32,000 nt of DNA from Candidatus Saccharimonadota bacterium (GCA_001761425.1 CP012986.1:960001-992000); one strand, 5' to 3'. Counted from the stretch's first letter, positions 22,344 through 31,744 are shown. Notes: generated by a model not told the origin, from the letters alone. Made by a program: numbers and translations.

Positions 22344-24026
22344 ATGTTACTGGCAGCTAGCTGGGCTCAGAATTTTGCATTGATGATTATAACTGCAGCT
22401 GTGCTTGGAGCTGTTGCCAGAAAGACGAAACAGCCAACAGTTATCGCCTATATCATTACAGGCCTTTTGCTCGGTCCTTTCTTCCTCGATATAATTGCAG
22501 AGACTGAGGGGACCAAACTCCTAGGGGAGCTAGGGTTGAGCTTTCTTCTATTCTTGATAGGCCTTGAGATAAAGCTGGATGAGATTAGAGAGATCTTCAG
22601 CGAGGTCTCTGTCATTGCGGTAGCTCAGATTTCGGTTTCCGCTGTGCTTGGTTACCTAGCGGGCCAGGCCTTTGGCTTCTCATTTATTGAATCAGTTTTC
22701 GTAGCTGCTAGCTTTACCTTCTCATCGACAGCAGTAGTGGTAAAGCTCCTGTCCTCAAAAGACGAGATTTCAACTCTTCCCGGAAAAATTGGGGTAGGAG
22801 TTCTCCTGATACAGGATGTCGTGGTCGTACTTTTACTCGCTCTGTTATCAACGAGTGCTTCAACTCCTTCACAGATAGTTGCAAGTATTGCAGAGATCGC
22901 TGTAATGATCAGTGTTATCGCAGGAGTATCTTACCTCTCCTCAGAGAAACTGCTGCCCAGGGTTTTCAGAAAAGTCTCAGAGAACCGTCAGGCCTTTTTC
23001 ATCCATGGCGTGACCTGGGCTTTCCTTTTCATCACTTTATCAGACAGTCTCGGAGTCTCAACAGAAATAGGAGCATTCTTCGCCGGCCTAAGCCTGGCAC
23101 AGCTCCCTTACAGCCATGAACTTATTGAAGAGATAAGGCCTCTAACAGATTTCTTCATGGCCGTATTCTTCATAAACATAGGTTTAGGCCTCACAGGAAA
23201 CGCATTATCCACCTACATGGTTGAGGCCTTTGTCGCAGCAAGTATTTTGATGATCGGGAAGTTTGCTGTTCTTTTCTTCACTATCGACCGCCTGAAGTTT
23301 ACACCGGAGACCTCGCTGAAGTCTGCACTTAACCTTAGTCAGATGAGCGAGTTCTCACTTATTCTTGGTTCGTTAGGAGTCAGTAAAGGCCTTATTTCCC
23401 CTGAAATCTTTGGCTTCATCAGTTTGACAATGATCATTACCGTGGGCTTTTCCTCTTACTTTATCGTCTTCAATGAAAAGATATACAGGCGTTTTGAGCA
23501 TTTGTTAGCAAGGATTGATTCTGAGGCGAAGAAGGATGTTGACGTGGATGTTCTTGAGGACCACGCTCTGATCATAGGCTATGATTTTATCGGGAGGCGC
23601 TCTGCGGAGATCCTTGATGACGCCTACGAACGGGTTATGGTAGTTGACAGAAACTCTAACAACGTAAACAGACTGAGCAGATCAAGTTACGAGTACATTT
23701 ACGGCGATTTCGGGCATGGAGAGATAAGAAATGCCTCCCAGATCGATAAGGCAGATTTTATCCTTAGTCTTGTACCCGATATCAATGTGAACAGGAAGAT
23801 TGTTGAGGAGGCCTCGCCGGAAGCCGCGGTTTTCGTGAAAGGCGACAGTCTAGAGGATGCCACAGAGCTTTACGACCTCGGAGCACATTACGTTATTCAG
23901 AAAAACGAATTAGTTGGCGAGAAGATGGGAGAGTACCTGAAACTTTACTTGGAGGATGAAGAGCTTTTCCATGAAGAAGTGAAGAGAGACAAGGAAAGAA
24001 TTGAATGGGGTGACAGAAGTGTCTGA
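22344..24026 (+). CDS. Kef-type monovalent cation:proton antiporter (CPA2) with a C-terminal RCK/TrkA-N domain
   Basis: It has about 12 TM helices, with PTVIAYIITGLLLGP near the N-terminus, followed by the soluble domain HALIIGYDFIGRR...VVDRN. The start is 1 nt after the tsaC stop. Confidence 0.85.
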   Translation: MLLAASWAQNFALMIITAAVLGAVARKTKQPTVIAYIITGLLLGPFFLDIIAETEGTKLLGELGLSFLLFLIGLEIKLDEIREIFSEVSVIAVAQISVSAVLGYLAGQAFGFSFIESVFVAASFTFSSTAVVVKLLSSKDEISTLPGKIGVGVLLIQDVVVVLLLALLSTSASTPSQIVASIAEIAVMISVIAGVSYLSSEKLLPRVFRKVSENRQAFFIHGVTWAFLFITLSDSLGVSTEIGAFFAGLSLAQLPYSHELIEEIRPLTDFFMAVFFINIGLGLTGNALSTYMVEAFVAASILMIGKFAVLFFTIDRLKFTPETSLKSALNLSQMSEFSLILGSLGVSKGLISPEIFGFISLTMIITVGFSSYFIVFNEKIYRRFEHLLARIDSEAKKDVDVDVLEDHALIIGYDFIGRRSAEILDDAYERVMVVDRNSNNVNRLSRSSYEYIYGDFGHGEIRNASQIDKADFILSLVPDINVNRKIVEEASPEAAVFVKGDSLEDATELYDLGAHYVIQKNELVGEKMGEYLKLYLEDEELFHEEVKRDKERIEWGDRSV

Positions 24027-25671
24027 GATACTCTACCTACTGACCGCCATTTTCGGGATATCCTCTTTCCTAATCTTCATACTTGAGAGATACTCACATC
24101 CATATCTGCCCGCCTATATCGCCTCAGGCCTTGTTATAGGACAGTTCGTAGATCCTGCAAGCTTCTACTCTCTGGCCGAAATAGGCATAGCATTCCTGGT
24201 ATTCATATTCGGCCTGAAATTAGAGCCGGAGAAGCTGAAAACAGTTGTAAAGGAAAGCCAGGCGATGACAACAGTCCAGGTCTCCGCAGTAGGCCTCCTG
24301 ACCTTCCTGGCCGGTATCTTACTAGGCCTTGAAGTCATGGACTCCGTGTACCTGAGTATCACTACCTCACTCAGCTCTTCACTGATAGGGATGCAGTTGC
24401 TGAACAGAGAGATCGAGATAGATATCCTGCACGGTAGACTGGCGGAATCCACACAGCTCATACAGGACATGATCGCCATAACAGCCATAATCGCCTTGAA
24501 CGCAATGCATTCGAGTTCAAGAACAATCATAATTCATATGCTACTGGGCGTAGGCCTTCTAGTGGTCGCAGGCCTTACAAGAAGGTATTTATTCAGCAGG
24601 ATCGCAGAGCTGATCGATGAGGAAAGAGAGCTTATGGTGCTTACAAGCCTTGGCTTTTTGACAGGTTTCATCGCTGTAGCACAGACTCTAGGCCTTTCGA
24701 CTGTTGTAGGTGCGTTCGCTGCCGGTGTAGCGATCTCCAAGTTTCCTTACAACATCGAGGTCATCGATACTATGGAGCCTCTGAAAGACTTTTTCTCAAT
24801 ACTGTTCTTCGTTTCCATAGGCGCACTAGTTGTGTTCCCCAGCCTGAAGATACTTTTAATAGCCGTTGTCCTATTATTTCTCTCCCAGGTTGTGAAGCCT
24901 GCGGTGGCAATGACCGTATTGATAGCGCAGGGATATGATAAGAGGACTGCCCATTTAACAGGCCTTAACATTGATCAGATAAGCGAGTTTTCACTTATTG
25001 TCGCCATACAGGCCTTTATTGGAGGATTGATTGGACAGGATGCGTTCCAGGGTATTATACTGGCAGCTTCGGCTTCATTCCTGATCTCTTCTTACACCAG
25101 TCGGCACGGTGAGATTATACATCAGAAGTTGAACTGGTTCGAGCCTTTCAGACCTACTAACAGGAAAGTCAGGGAAAAAACCAGTGCTGAAGGCCTTGAA
25201 GACCATGTTATCCTGATTGGTTATGACACACAGGGTAAACTTATCGTAGAAGCTCTGGAGGATGAAGGCGAGGATCTTGTGATCATTGAGAACAATCCTG
25301 ACCGGATAAATGAGGTGATGGAAGCCGAGGAAAACTATGTCTTCGGCGATGCCATGGATATCTCTTCCTGGGACGAAGCAAATTACAGGGATGCAGAGCT
25401 GATAATCTCGACAGTACCTATTAAAGATGTCTCAGAACAGATTATAGGCCTGGAGACAGAAGCTGATAAGATCATCAGATCCAATGCTATGGAGGAAGGA
25501 GCAGAGTTCGTAGAAAAAGTATCCTACGTTGAAGTACCGGATCTCATGGCTTCTGAAAGACTGGCAGACCACATCAAAGGAGTAATGGAAGACCCGAGTT
25601 ACAAGGATGAACTCAGGAGAAGAAACCTTTTAGAGCTTAGGAAACTTCTAAACGAACAGGAAGAAAAATGA
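24001..25671 (+). CDS. Second Kef-type CPA2 antiporter with an RCK/TrkA-N domain (tandem paralogue)
   Basis: It has the same architecture (PAYIASGLVIGQF ... HVILIGYDTQGKL...IIENN). The start is uncertain between TTG 24001, GTG 24010 and GTG 24019, and all three overlap the upstream stop at 24024-24026. Confidence 0.85.
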   Translation: MNGVTEVSEILYLLTAIFGISSFLIFILERYSHPYLPAYIASGLVIGQFVDPASFYSLAEIGIAFLVFIFGLKLEPEKLKTVVKESQAMTTVQVSAVGLLTFLAGILLGLEVMDSVYLSITTSLSSSLIGMQLLNREIEIDILHGRLAESTQLIQDMIAITAIIALNAMHSSSRTIIIHMLLGVGLLVVAGLTRRYLFSRIAELIDEERELMVLTSLGFLTGFIAVAQTLGLSTVVGAFAAGVAISKFPYNIEVIDTMEPLKDFFSILFFVSIGALVVFPSLKILLIAVVLLFLSQVVKPAVAMTVLIAQGYDKRTAHLTGLNIDQISEFSLIVAIQAFIGGLIGQDAFQGIILAASASFLISSYTSRHGEIIHQKLNWFEPFRPTNRKVREKTSAEGLEDHVILIGYDTQGKLIVEALEDEGEDLVIIENNPDRINEVMEAEENYVFGDAMDISSWDEANYRDAELIISTVPIKDVSEQIIGLETEADKIIRSNAMEEGAEFVEKVSYVEVPDLMASERLADHIKGVMEDPSYKDELRRRNLLELRKLLNEQEEK

Positions 25672-26240
25672 AGGAAAAAGGCGCGGAGGCAACAGTCAGG
25701 GTCACGGAGGGAAAAGTTCTCAAGAACCGGAAAGTGAAAAAATACCGGCACAGACAGCTCGATAAAAAGATAAGAGAGGAACGCACAGAGACCGAAGTAA
25801 AACTTATGAAAGAAGCTATAAAGTACGGAGTGAACGCGCCAAGGCCTGAAAAGAAAGATGAATCAAAGATAGAGATGGAAAAGATCGATGGAAGGCCTGT
25901 AAAAGAAATAATCGGAGAAAAACCGGAAATCATAGAATACCTCGGGGAAAACATCGCAAAGCTTCACTCAGCCAACATTATCCACGGCGACCTGACAACC
26001 TCAAACGCTCTGTACGATGAAGGCCTTTACGTCATCGATTTCGGACTTGCGTTCCACTCCGACAGAATCGAAGACAGAGCTGTCGACATCCATCTGCTGA
26101 AACAGGTACTGAACTCCTCGCACCCGGAAGTTGCGGATGAGGCCTGGAAAAGTTTTCTACAAGGTTACAGAAGCTATGAGGAAAGCGATGAGGTACTTGA
26201 ACAGCTTGAGGAAGTTGAGAAACGCGGAAGGTACAAGTAA
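25668..26240 (+). CDS. bud32: Bud32 / Kae1-associated serine/threonine kinase (KEOPS subunit)
   Basis: Motifs are KGAEATV, IHGDLTTSN and IDFGL. The ATG overlaps the upstream stop (ATGA). Confidence 0.9.
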   Translation: MKEKGAEATVRVTEGKVLKNRKVKKYRHRQLDKKIREERTETEVKLMKEAIKYGVNAPRPEKKDESKIEMEKIDGRPVKEIIGEKPEIIEYLGENIAKLHSANIIHGDLTTSNALYDEGLYVIDFGLAFHSDRIEDRAVDIHLLKQVLNSSHPEVADEAWKSFLQGYRSYEESDEVLEQLEEVEKRGRYK

Positions 26241-26244
26241 AGGC

Positions 26245-27015
26245 CTAGTCCAACCGGTAGGATTCGTAGACTGATATCTGGCCTTCTTTCTCAACACATT
26301 CATCTGTCTCTCTGATCTGGTAGGCCTTGGTTGTCCTGTTTTCTGTCTCTGGTAGGTGGTATCGGGCTTTCAGTTCCATCTCCATAGTCCCTTTTCCGGG
26401 GACTGTGTCGTCCTTTCTCTCAGTATAGACATCTACTCTTGCGTTCTGTGTGCATGCCCTGTAGTTCGGTGTTTCAAAGGCTCTTGGCAGCAGAAACTCG
26501 TTGGTTACCCGGACTGTTCCGAGCGCAGTTTCCTGTCTATCTGTCATCTCCGCAGAGTTCCTGAGTTCCAGGTTTATCTCTGGCTGAGGGCCGGATATAT
26601 CGAAGATGAAAAGACCTACTATCAGGATAGTGCCTGCTGTAACTAGGTATTTTGCTTTTTTCTCAGGTATCTGGATTTCTTTCTCGCTTATCATGTATCC
26701 TGCTGCGAGGAAAACTGCGGATGATCCTGCGAGGATGAGGAAAGTAGCTGCGGATCCGAAGTCAAATCTCAGTAAGGTGTACGGTACGAAGATCAGGTAA
26801 GATATCGATGCGAGGAAGTAAAGAGGTATACTCCATTTTGAAACCGTGAGTCCTGTACCTGCGAAAAACGTTACTGAAGTGAGGAAGAGTATAGCTGACT
26901 TGACCACGGGAGATATCTCCAGGATCACCTCCATCCCGAAATAAAGGATGGTGAAAAGCCCGAATAACATTCCCAGGACATAAAAAGCACTTGAAGAGGA
27001 CAGGCCTTTCCGCAT
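26245..27015 (-). CDS. Hypothetical membrane protein with about 5 TM helices and a C-terminal extracytoplasmic domain
   Basis: The 256-aa ORF has a hydrophobic N-terminal 150 aa and then a soluble domain. I recognise no motif. Confidence 0.6.
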   Translation of the reverse strand: MRKGLSSSSAFYVLGMLFGLFTILYFGMEVILEISPVVKSAILFLTSVTFFAGTGLTVSKWSIPLYFLASISYLIFVPYTLLRFDFGSAATFLILAGSSAVFLAAGYMISEKEIQIPEKKAKYLVTAGTILIVGLFIFDISGPQPEINLELRNSAEMTDRQETALGTVRVTNEFLLPRAFETPNYRACTQNARVDVYTERKDDTVPGKGTMEMELKARYHLPETENRTTKAYQIRETDECVEKEGQISVYESYRLD

Positions 27016-27080
27016 GTACAGAAAAATTTTCTAGAATGTTTATATGAGTTACAGTCAAGCGGAACGGATACCAGCTATCT

Positions 27081-27088
27081 TTTTTATA
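27081..27088 (+). promoter_or_regulatory. TATA-box-like element (TTTTTATA) about 26 nt upstream of ATG 27111, suggesting a leaderless mRNA
   Basis: It has the same octamer and spacing as the element at 9065-9072. The 95-bp divergent spacer also holds TTTATATG for the opposite gene and the palindrome AGAAAA-a-TTTTCT at about 27020-27032. Confidence 0.35.
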
Positions 27089-27110
27089 CAAAAAATTAGA
27101 GAACTTTACT

Positions 27111-27944
27111 ATGGTTTCGGAGTTCAGAGAGTGGCTGGGCCATCACCCTATCCTTGTAGCACTGATGTTTCTCGTATACAGTTACGGAGCACTGATGTCC
27201 TACATGACTCCGAAACTCGTCCCCAACAGCTTCTTGGCAGCTCTCGAAGGCAGTCACACACAGATAATGCTAGCAGTAACCGCGATGACCTACCTAGGTA
27301 TAACAGCAGTCTACCTCATCTACAAAGGAAGAAAATACTACGGTAACAGAGGTCTCGAAGAAAATGTTCCGCTGATATGGGGTCTCTCATCTCTAGCATA
27401 CATGGTGACCTATATCGGGATAATCCTGAAGGCCTCCAACGTTATCACAATGAACACAGAATTATTCTTCTTTTTCAGAAGTTTCATGATCCTCTGGGCA
27501 GCAGGAATCGCCTACGGCCTCATAACACTGAGAACCAGCAGAGAAAGCCTCAGAAAGTATATCACCCTGGCCATTACAGGCCTGAGCCTTGCCTGGTTTG
27601 TCTGGGGACTGTTCAACGTAGGATCCATCAAGTACACGATGTACGGTTTCACATCATTCTTCTGGGTTCCATTAACATTTGCGTTCGGATACTTCTTCTG
27701 GACCTATTCCGGAGGCACAGGTCACAGCGGGATGAAATGGATCTCCGCAGGAATGGTCTACATGGGTTCAACCTATCTTTTCTGGGCTCCGACCCACCAG
27801 AACTTTCTTTACGAAGTTGCTTTCTTCCAGTACAACATCGCAGCCTCGATAATCCTCCTCGGCATGACCAAGCTCCCATGGAAAGAGATGAGCGATGTGG
27901 AGAGGCCTCTCGACCTGATATTTGAAGAAGATCGTGAAAACTGA
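27111..27944 (+). CDS. Hypothetical polytopic membrane protein (about 8 TM helices, aromatic-rich)
   Basis: The 277-aa ORF has eight hydrophobic segments. I recognise no family motif. Confidence 0.6.
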   Translation: MVSEFREWLGHHPILVALMFLVYSYGALMSYMTPKLVPNSFLAALEGSHTQIMLAVTAMTYLGITAVYLIYKGRKYYGNRGLEENVPLIWGLSSLAYMVTYIGIILKASNVITMNTELFFFFRSFMILWAAGIAYGLITLRTSRESLRKYITLAITGLSLAWFVWGLFNVGSIKYTMYGFTSFFWVPLTFAFGYFFWTYSGGTGHSGMKWISAGMVYMGSTYLFWAPTHQNFLYEVAFFQYNIAASIILLGMTKLPWKEMSDVERPLDLIFEEDREN

Positions 27945-28029
27945 ATGGGGTTTAAAAAACTCAAGGCCTTCTATCTGTTTAGACCGGGAAAGTCTTTCAT
28001 GGCTTGACCGGGTCGGCAACGTGATAAAC

Positions 28030-28086
28030 ATGAACGAAATTACAAGAATTTCTGAATTTGCAGAAACTCACAGAGGCGAGTTTTGA
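28030..28086 (+). CDS. Short upstream ORF C (18 aa), a truncated relative of ORF B, ending 2 nt before the rps15 ATG
   Basis: I translated it manually as MNEITRISEFAETHRGEF. Its last 28 nt are near-identical to the 3' end of ORF B. It may be only a shared leader or SD context. Confidence 0.3.
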   Translation: MNEITRISEFAETHRGEF

Positions 28087-28088
28087 AC

Positions 28089-28526
28089 ATGACAAGAATG
28101 CATTCTGACGGTAGAGGCGTTTCTGGATCTTCCAAACCTGTTGACGCAAAACAGCCTGAGTGGATCGATTACGATGCTGAAGAGGTCAAGGACCTTGTTG
28201 TAAGGCTTCGTGAAGACGGTTTTGACCCTGCTCAGATCGGTCTGAAACTGAGGGATGAGTACGGTATCCCCGATGTCCAGCAGATCACAGAGAAAAAGGT
28301 TACAGAGATTCTCAAGGAGGAAGATGTTGCTCCCGAGATACCTGAAGACCTGAAGAACCTGGTAGAAAAAGCAGAGAACATGAAAGAGCACCTGGACGAA
28401 AACCAGAACGACCAGGAAGCAGAGAGACAGCTCGAGCTGACAGAAGCGAAGGTCAGGAAAGTCGCAGACTACCACAGACAGGAAGGCAACATCCCAGAGA
28501 ACTGGGAATACGAAAGAGACGAGTAA
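28089..28526 (+). CDS. rps15: 30S ribosomal protein S15 (uS15)
   Basis: The N-terminus MTRMHSDGRGVSGSSKP is typical of archaeal S15. The ATG at 28089 is preferred over the tracked TTG at 28083. Confidence 0.9.
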   Translation: MTRMHSDGRGVSGSSKPVDAKQPEWIDYDAEEVKDLVVRLREDGFDPAQIGLKLRDEYGIPDVQQITEKKVTEILKEEDVAPEIPEDLKNLVEKAENMKEHLDENQNDQEAERQLELTEAKVRKVADYHRQEGNIPENWEYERDE

Positions 28527-28622
28527 AAGGCCTCTCACACATATCTCTACTTTTCTATCCATCTTTATTTCCAGGCCTATCTGCGTAAGGTTCAAGAAAA
28601 CAGAGGTCTATTCCCAGTTACA

Positions 28623-30005
28623 ATGGTCGATGACATACTTGAAGTAGCGAAGCCAGCAGCCCAGAGACTCAAAGAATACAACGGGAGCATCAGACTGATA
28701 GGCCAGTACGACGCAGACGGGATATCTGCCACCGCTATAGCCCATAGAATGCTCGAAAGACTCGATAAAGAGTTCGAATACGAAATTGTCAAACAACTGT
28801 ACGAGGAAGACATCGAACGTATCGCTGACGAAGATCAAGATCTTCTCGTGTTCGTAGACATCGGCTCAGGTCAAAGTGAACTGATCAAAGAACATATACT
28901 CGAAACAACGGGGAAAAAAGTAATCATCTCCGACCACCACGAACCAGCGCTCGAAAGCGGGGAATCAGAAGGCCTGGAAAACCTTATACACATGAACCCG
29001 CACTACCTGGGACACGACGGAGGAGAAGCGATCTCAGCAGCAGGAATGACCTACCTGCTTTCAAAAGCTGTAAGCAAAGATAACACAGACCTTATACAGT
29101 TCGCCCTGATCGGTGCGACAGGAGACGTCCAGAAACAGGAAGGAGAATTCATAGGCCTCAACAAAGACCTGGCGGAAGAAGCCATCGAGAACAGCTACGT
29201 AGAAAAAAGACAGGGCCTTGACCTGTACGGAAGAACGACAAAATCCCTGCAGAAATCTTTAATGTATACTACAGACCCGCATCTAGAAGGAGTAAGCAAC
29301 AACGAGTCAGGAGCCATCCAGCTCGTCAAGTCCTCAGGCCTTAACATCAGAGATAACGGAGACTTCCGCACACTGGCAGATCTGACTCCTGAAGAAGAGA
29401 AAAAACTGATACACACCATGATAAAACGTGGCTTCCCTGTCCAGCATCTATTAAACGATATCTACACCCTAGGTAACGGCTACGAAATCGACGAATTCTC
29501 CACAATCATCAACGCCTGTGGAAGACTGGGAGAACCGAAGAAAGGAGTCAAGATTCTACTTGAAAACGATCTGAATCTTGCGGAAAAGATCTCAAGGAAA
29601 TACGGCCGAAGAATTTCCTCAGCACTCGGATACGTCGACAAAAACCGCGGAAACAAAGACGTGATCTACGAAAAAGATATCGGAGTCATCGACGGAAAAG
29701 ACGAGATCAGCGACGACTTTATAGGAACAGTCACCACTATCACAATGAGCAACGGCCACTTCGACGCACCAGTAGTCATGGGAATCGCCGAAGCAGAGAA
29801 AGACAAAATGAAAGTCTCATCCAGAGCCACCAAAGAAATCGTGGAAAAAGGCCTCAACCTGGGAGAAATCATCGGAGAAATATGCGAAGAAGTAAACGGC
29901 GAAGGAGGAGGCCACAACATCGCAGCAGGAGCCAAAATACCCAGAGAAAAAAAACAGGCCTTCATCAACATGCTTGACTCGAAAATAGAGGAAGAAATGA
30001 CCTGA
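28623..30005 (+). CDS. recJ: RecJ-like DHH/DHHA1 phosphoesterase (archaeal RecJ/GAN/Cdc45-like nuclease)
   Basis: Motifs are YDADGISA, VDIGSG, ISDHHEP and GGGHNIAAGA. The rps15-recJ adjacency is common in archaea. Confidence 0.85.
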   Translation: MVDDILEVAKPAAQRLKEYNGSIRLIGQYDADGISATAIAHRMLERLDKEFEYEIVKQLYEEDIERIADEDQDLLVFVDIGSGQSELIKEHILETTGKKVIISDHHEPALESGESEGLENLIHMNPHYLGHDGGEAISAAGMTYLLSKAVSKDNTDLIQFALIGATGDVQKQEGEFIGLNKDLAEEAIENSYVEKRQGLDLYGRTTKSLQKSLMYTTDPHLEGVSNNESGAIQLVKSSGLNIRDNGDFRTLADLTPEEEKKLIHTMIKRGFPVQHLLNDIYTLGNGYEIDEFSTIINACGRLGEPKKGVKILLENDLNLAEKISRKYGRRISSALGYVDKNRGNKDVIYEKDIGVIDGKDEISDDFIGTVTTITMSNGHFDAPVVMGIAEAEKDKMKVSSRATKEIVEKGLNLGEIIGEICEEVNGEGGGHNIAAGAKIPREKKQAFINMLDSKIEEEMT

Positions 30006-30027
30006 AGGCCTGAAAAAATTTTTGACT

Positions 30028-30525
30028 TTAGTTTTCAGTTTCCACAGCCAGTTCTATACCGTGACTACGGATTAATTCTGTCCCGTTCCGGTTTGTGTTG
30101 AAGATCCTCTCGTACAGGTTGTCTTCTTCAATCAACTTGGTTAAATACTCCGTAGGCGAAAGCTTCACTGACCGACATCCAATATTTAGAGGTAGCGTAG
30201 AATTCGAGATAGTTCCCTCGTAGATTCCACAGTGATGCTCGACATAAATCGGAGTAACACACCTTAATCCCGAAGTATTTACTCCAATACGTTCATCGTT
30301 CAAACTTCCATAACATTTCAGTTTCCCAGGACATGAAGCATGATACTCTGCCTTACTGGAGACTCCAATCCCACAGGACTTATTTGAAACATGCTGAGAT
30401 AAATCTGCTCGCGTAATACCATTCATTAAAGCAGTAAAAGGTTCACTAACCAACCACCCTGAAACTCCTAGAAATAATACCAGAGTGACCACTGTTACTT
30501 TGCTTTTACCTAAGCTCCTGAACAT
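30028..30525 (-). CDS. Cysteine-rich secreted or membrane-anchored protein, hypothetical
   Basis: The ATG at 30525 gives MFRSLGKSKVTVVTLVLFLGVSGWLVSEP as a signal or anchor sequence. Seven Cys follow in the mature part. The protein is not acidic like its neighbours. The tracked start at 30585 overlaps the upstream gene. Confidence 0.6.
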   Translation of the reverse strand: MFRSLGKSKVTVVTLVLFLGVSGWLVSEPFTALMNGITRADLSQHVSNKSCGIGVSSKAEYHASCPGKLKCYGSLNDERIGVNTSGLRCVTPIYVEHHCGIYEGTISNSTLPLNIGCRSVKLSPTEYLTKLIEEDNLYERIFNTNRNGTELIRSHGIELAVETEN

Positions 30526-30569
30526 AAAAGAAACATCTCCTTGGTTTCTGATAATTTTTAGAATTTTAA

Positions 30570-30902
30570 TTATTGCGTCATCCAATTGCCGTTAAGGATA
30601 TTTTCCGTTGTCTCTGCTGTGGTTGCAACTGGTTCTCCAGAGGAAGTACTCGCGTGATGCACTCCTGCTACATAGGCGTCTCCGCTTCCTTTGAGATTAT
30701 TACTCCAACCTGCTACATAAGCTACTTCTTCATTTGGATCAAAGGAGACATCACCTATTTGAACTGTGCCTCCATCCAGATTTAGAATATTTCCGGTTAT
30801 ACCAACTGCACCAACGCCTTTGACGAATTCACGCCGATTTAAATTGTCCACGAAACTCTCACTAACAATCAACATATTTCTCTCGTTTAAGTATTTTTGC
30901 AA
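30570..30902 (-). CDS. Small secreted protein with a twin-arginine (Tat) signal, hypothetical
   Basis: NRREFVKGVGAVGITG matches the Tat consensus (S/T)RRxF(L/V)K followed by a hydrophobic stretch. An alternative start is the ATG at 30875. Confidence 0.6.
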   Translation of the reverse strand: MQKYLNERNMLIVSESFVDNLNRREFVKGVGAVGITGNILNLDGGTVQIGDVSFDPNEEVAYVAGWSNNLKGSGDAYVAGVHHASTSSGEPVATTAETTENILNGNWMTQ

Positions 30903-30991
30903 ACATATCTACAAAAAAGTTAACAGAAGGCCTGAACTCCAGAAAAACAGGCTTTCATCCACGAACTCGACAGTAAGATGTAAGGGATGGA

Positions 30992-31744
30992 TTAACCGTA
31001 AAGATGTTTGACCGCTTCATCAGCCAGTTCTCTGGTTTCCTCCTCTGAAAGCTCTGGAAGCTCCTCAACTTCAAGGCCTTTCTCCCTTATTATCCAGTGG
31101 AAGATTTCGAAAGATACGGGATAACCTTCTGCATTCTTCCAGTCATCGCCTCCATGGTCAAAGAAACTGCTTTCAGGCCTTTCCTTCTCCAGTTCGTCCA
31201 TAATCCTTTCGTGGTCGAAGTCATTTCCAAGAGTTCTGAAATTGGGCTTCCAGCCGTAGCCTTTCACCTCGTCAACTTTTCTGGCAGAGTTCGTGGAATG
31301 GCCCTCAAAAAGCACGCTGTTATAGTTAGAGCCATTCAATCTTTCTGAAAGCTCCTCGTCGCTGTAATGACTATAAAAATCGATGTGAGAGCCTTCATGG
31401 ACTGTCATGTTCTTCAGCGCAGGCCTCCAGTCATCTCTGGAATCGTTCGCATAGAGGAAGATAAAATTTCTTTCAAAACTGTCGAACCAGGAGCCGAAAG
31501 TGAAGCCGTAAACATGGAAATTTGTCCCTGCGTCCTCACCCCACTTTTCCCTGATCTTTTCAGGATCTGCAAGGCCGAAAACTACCTCTGCATCGCCTTC
31601 TCTGCCTAAGACTTCCTCCGCATCAGATAAGGCCTCTTCTATAACTTCCCTGTACTTCTCAACTCCTACAGGCTTTTCAAGCACTTCCTCGAAATCTTCC
31701 CAGAGGTAGTCATCCTCCTCCGGATCATAGGTTTGAAATTTCAC
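30992..31744 (-). CDS. Hypothetical acidic protein with a single HExxH motif (possible zinc metallopeptidase)
   Basis: The 250-aa ORF starts at GTG. It contains MTVHEGSHIDF and, downstream, LFEGHSTNSA. The family is not identified. Confidence 0.55.
   Translation of the reverse strand: MKFQTYDPEEDDYLWEDFEEVLEKPVGVEKYREVIEEALSDAEEVLGREGDAEVVFGLADPEKIREKWGEDAGTNFHVYGFTFGSWFDSFERNFIFLYANDSRDDWRPALKNMTVHEGSHIDFYSHYSDEELSERLNGSNYNSVLFEGHSTNSARKVDEVKGYGWKPNFRTLGNDFDHERIMDELEKERPESSFFDHGGDDWKNAEGYPVSFEIFHWIIREKGLEVEELPELSEEETRELADEAVKHLYG

Noticed and set aside
27111-27944. The aromatic-rich multi-TM protein might be a microbial rhodopsin. I recall that rhodopsins have been reported in nanohaloarchaea.
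   Set aside because: I count about 8 TM segments rather than 7. There is no RYxDW-like helix-3 motif and no mid-helix Lys in a DxxxK context in the last helices.
30028-30902. The Tat and Cys-rich module might have a lower GC content than its flanks.
   Set aside because: My spot counts of 60-nt lines gave about 45-47% GC, the same as the surroundings. Only the AGGCCT gap and protein composition are used as evidence.
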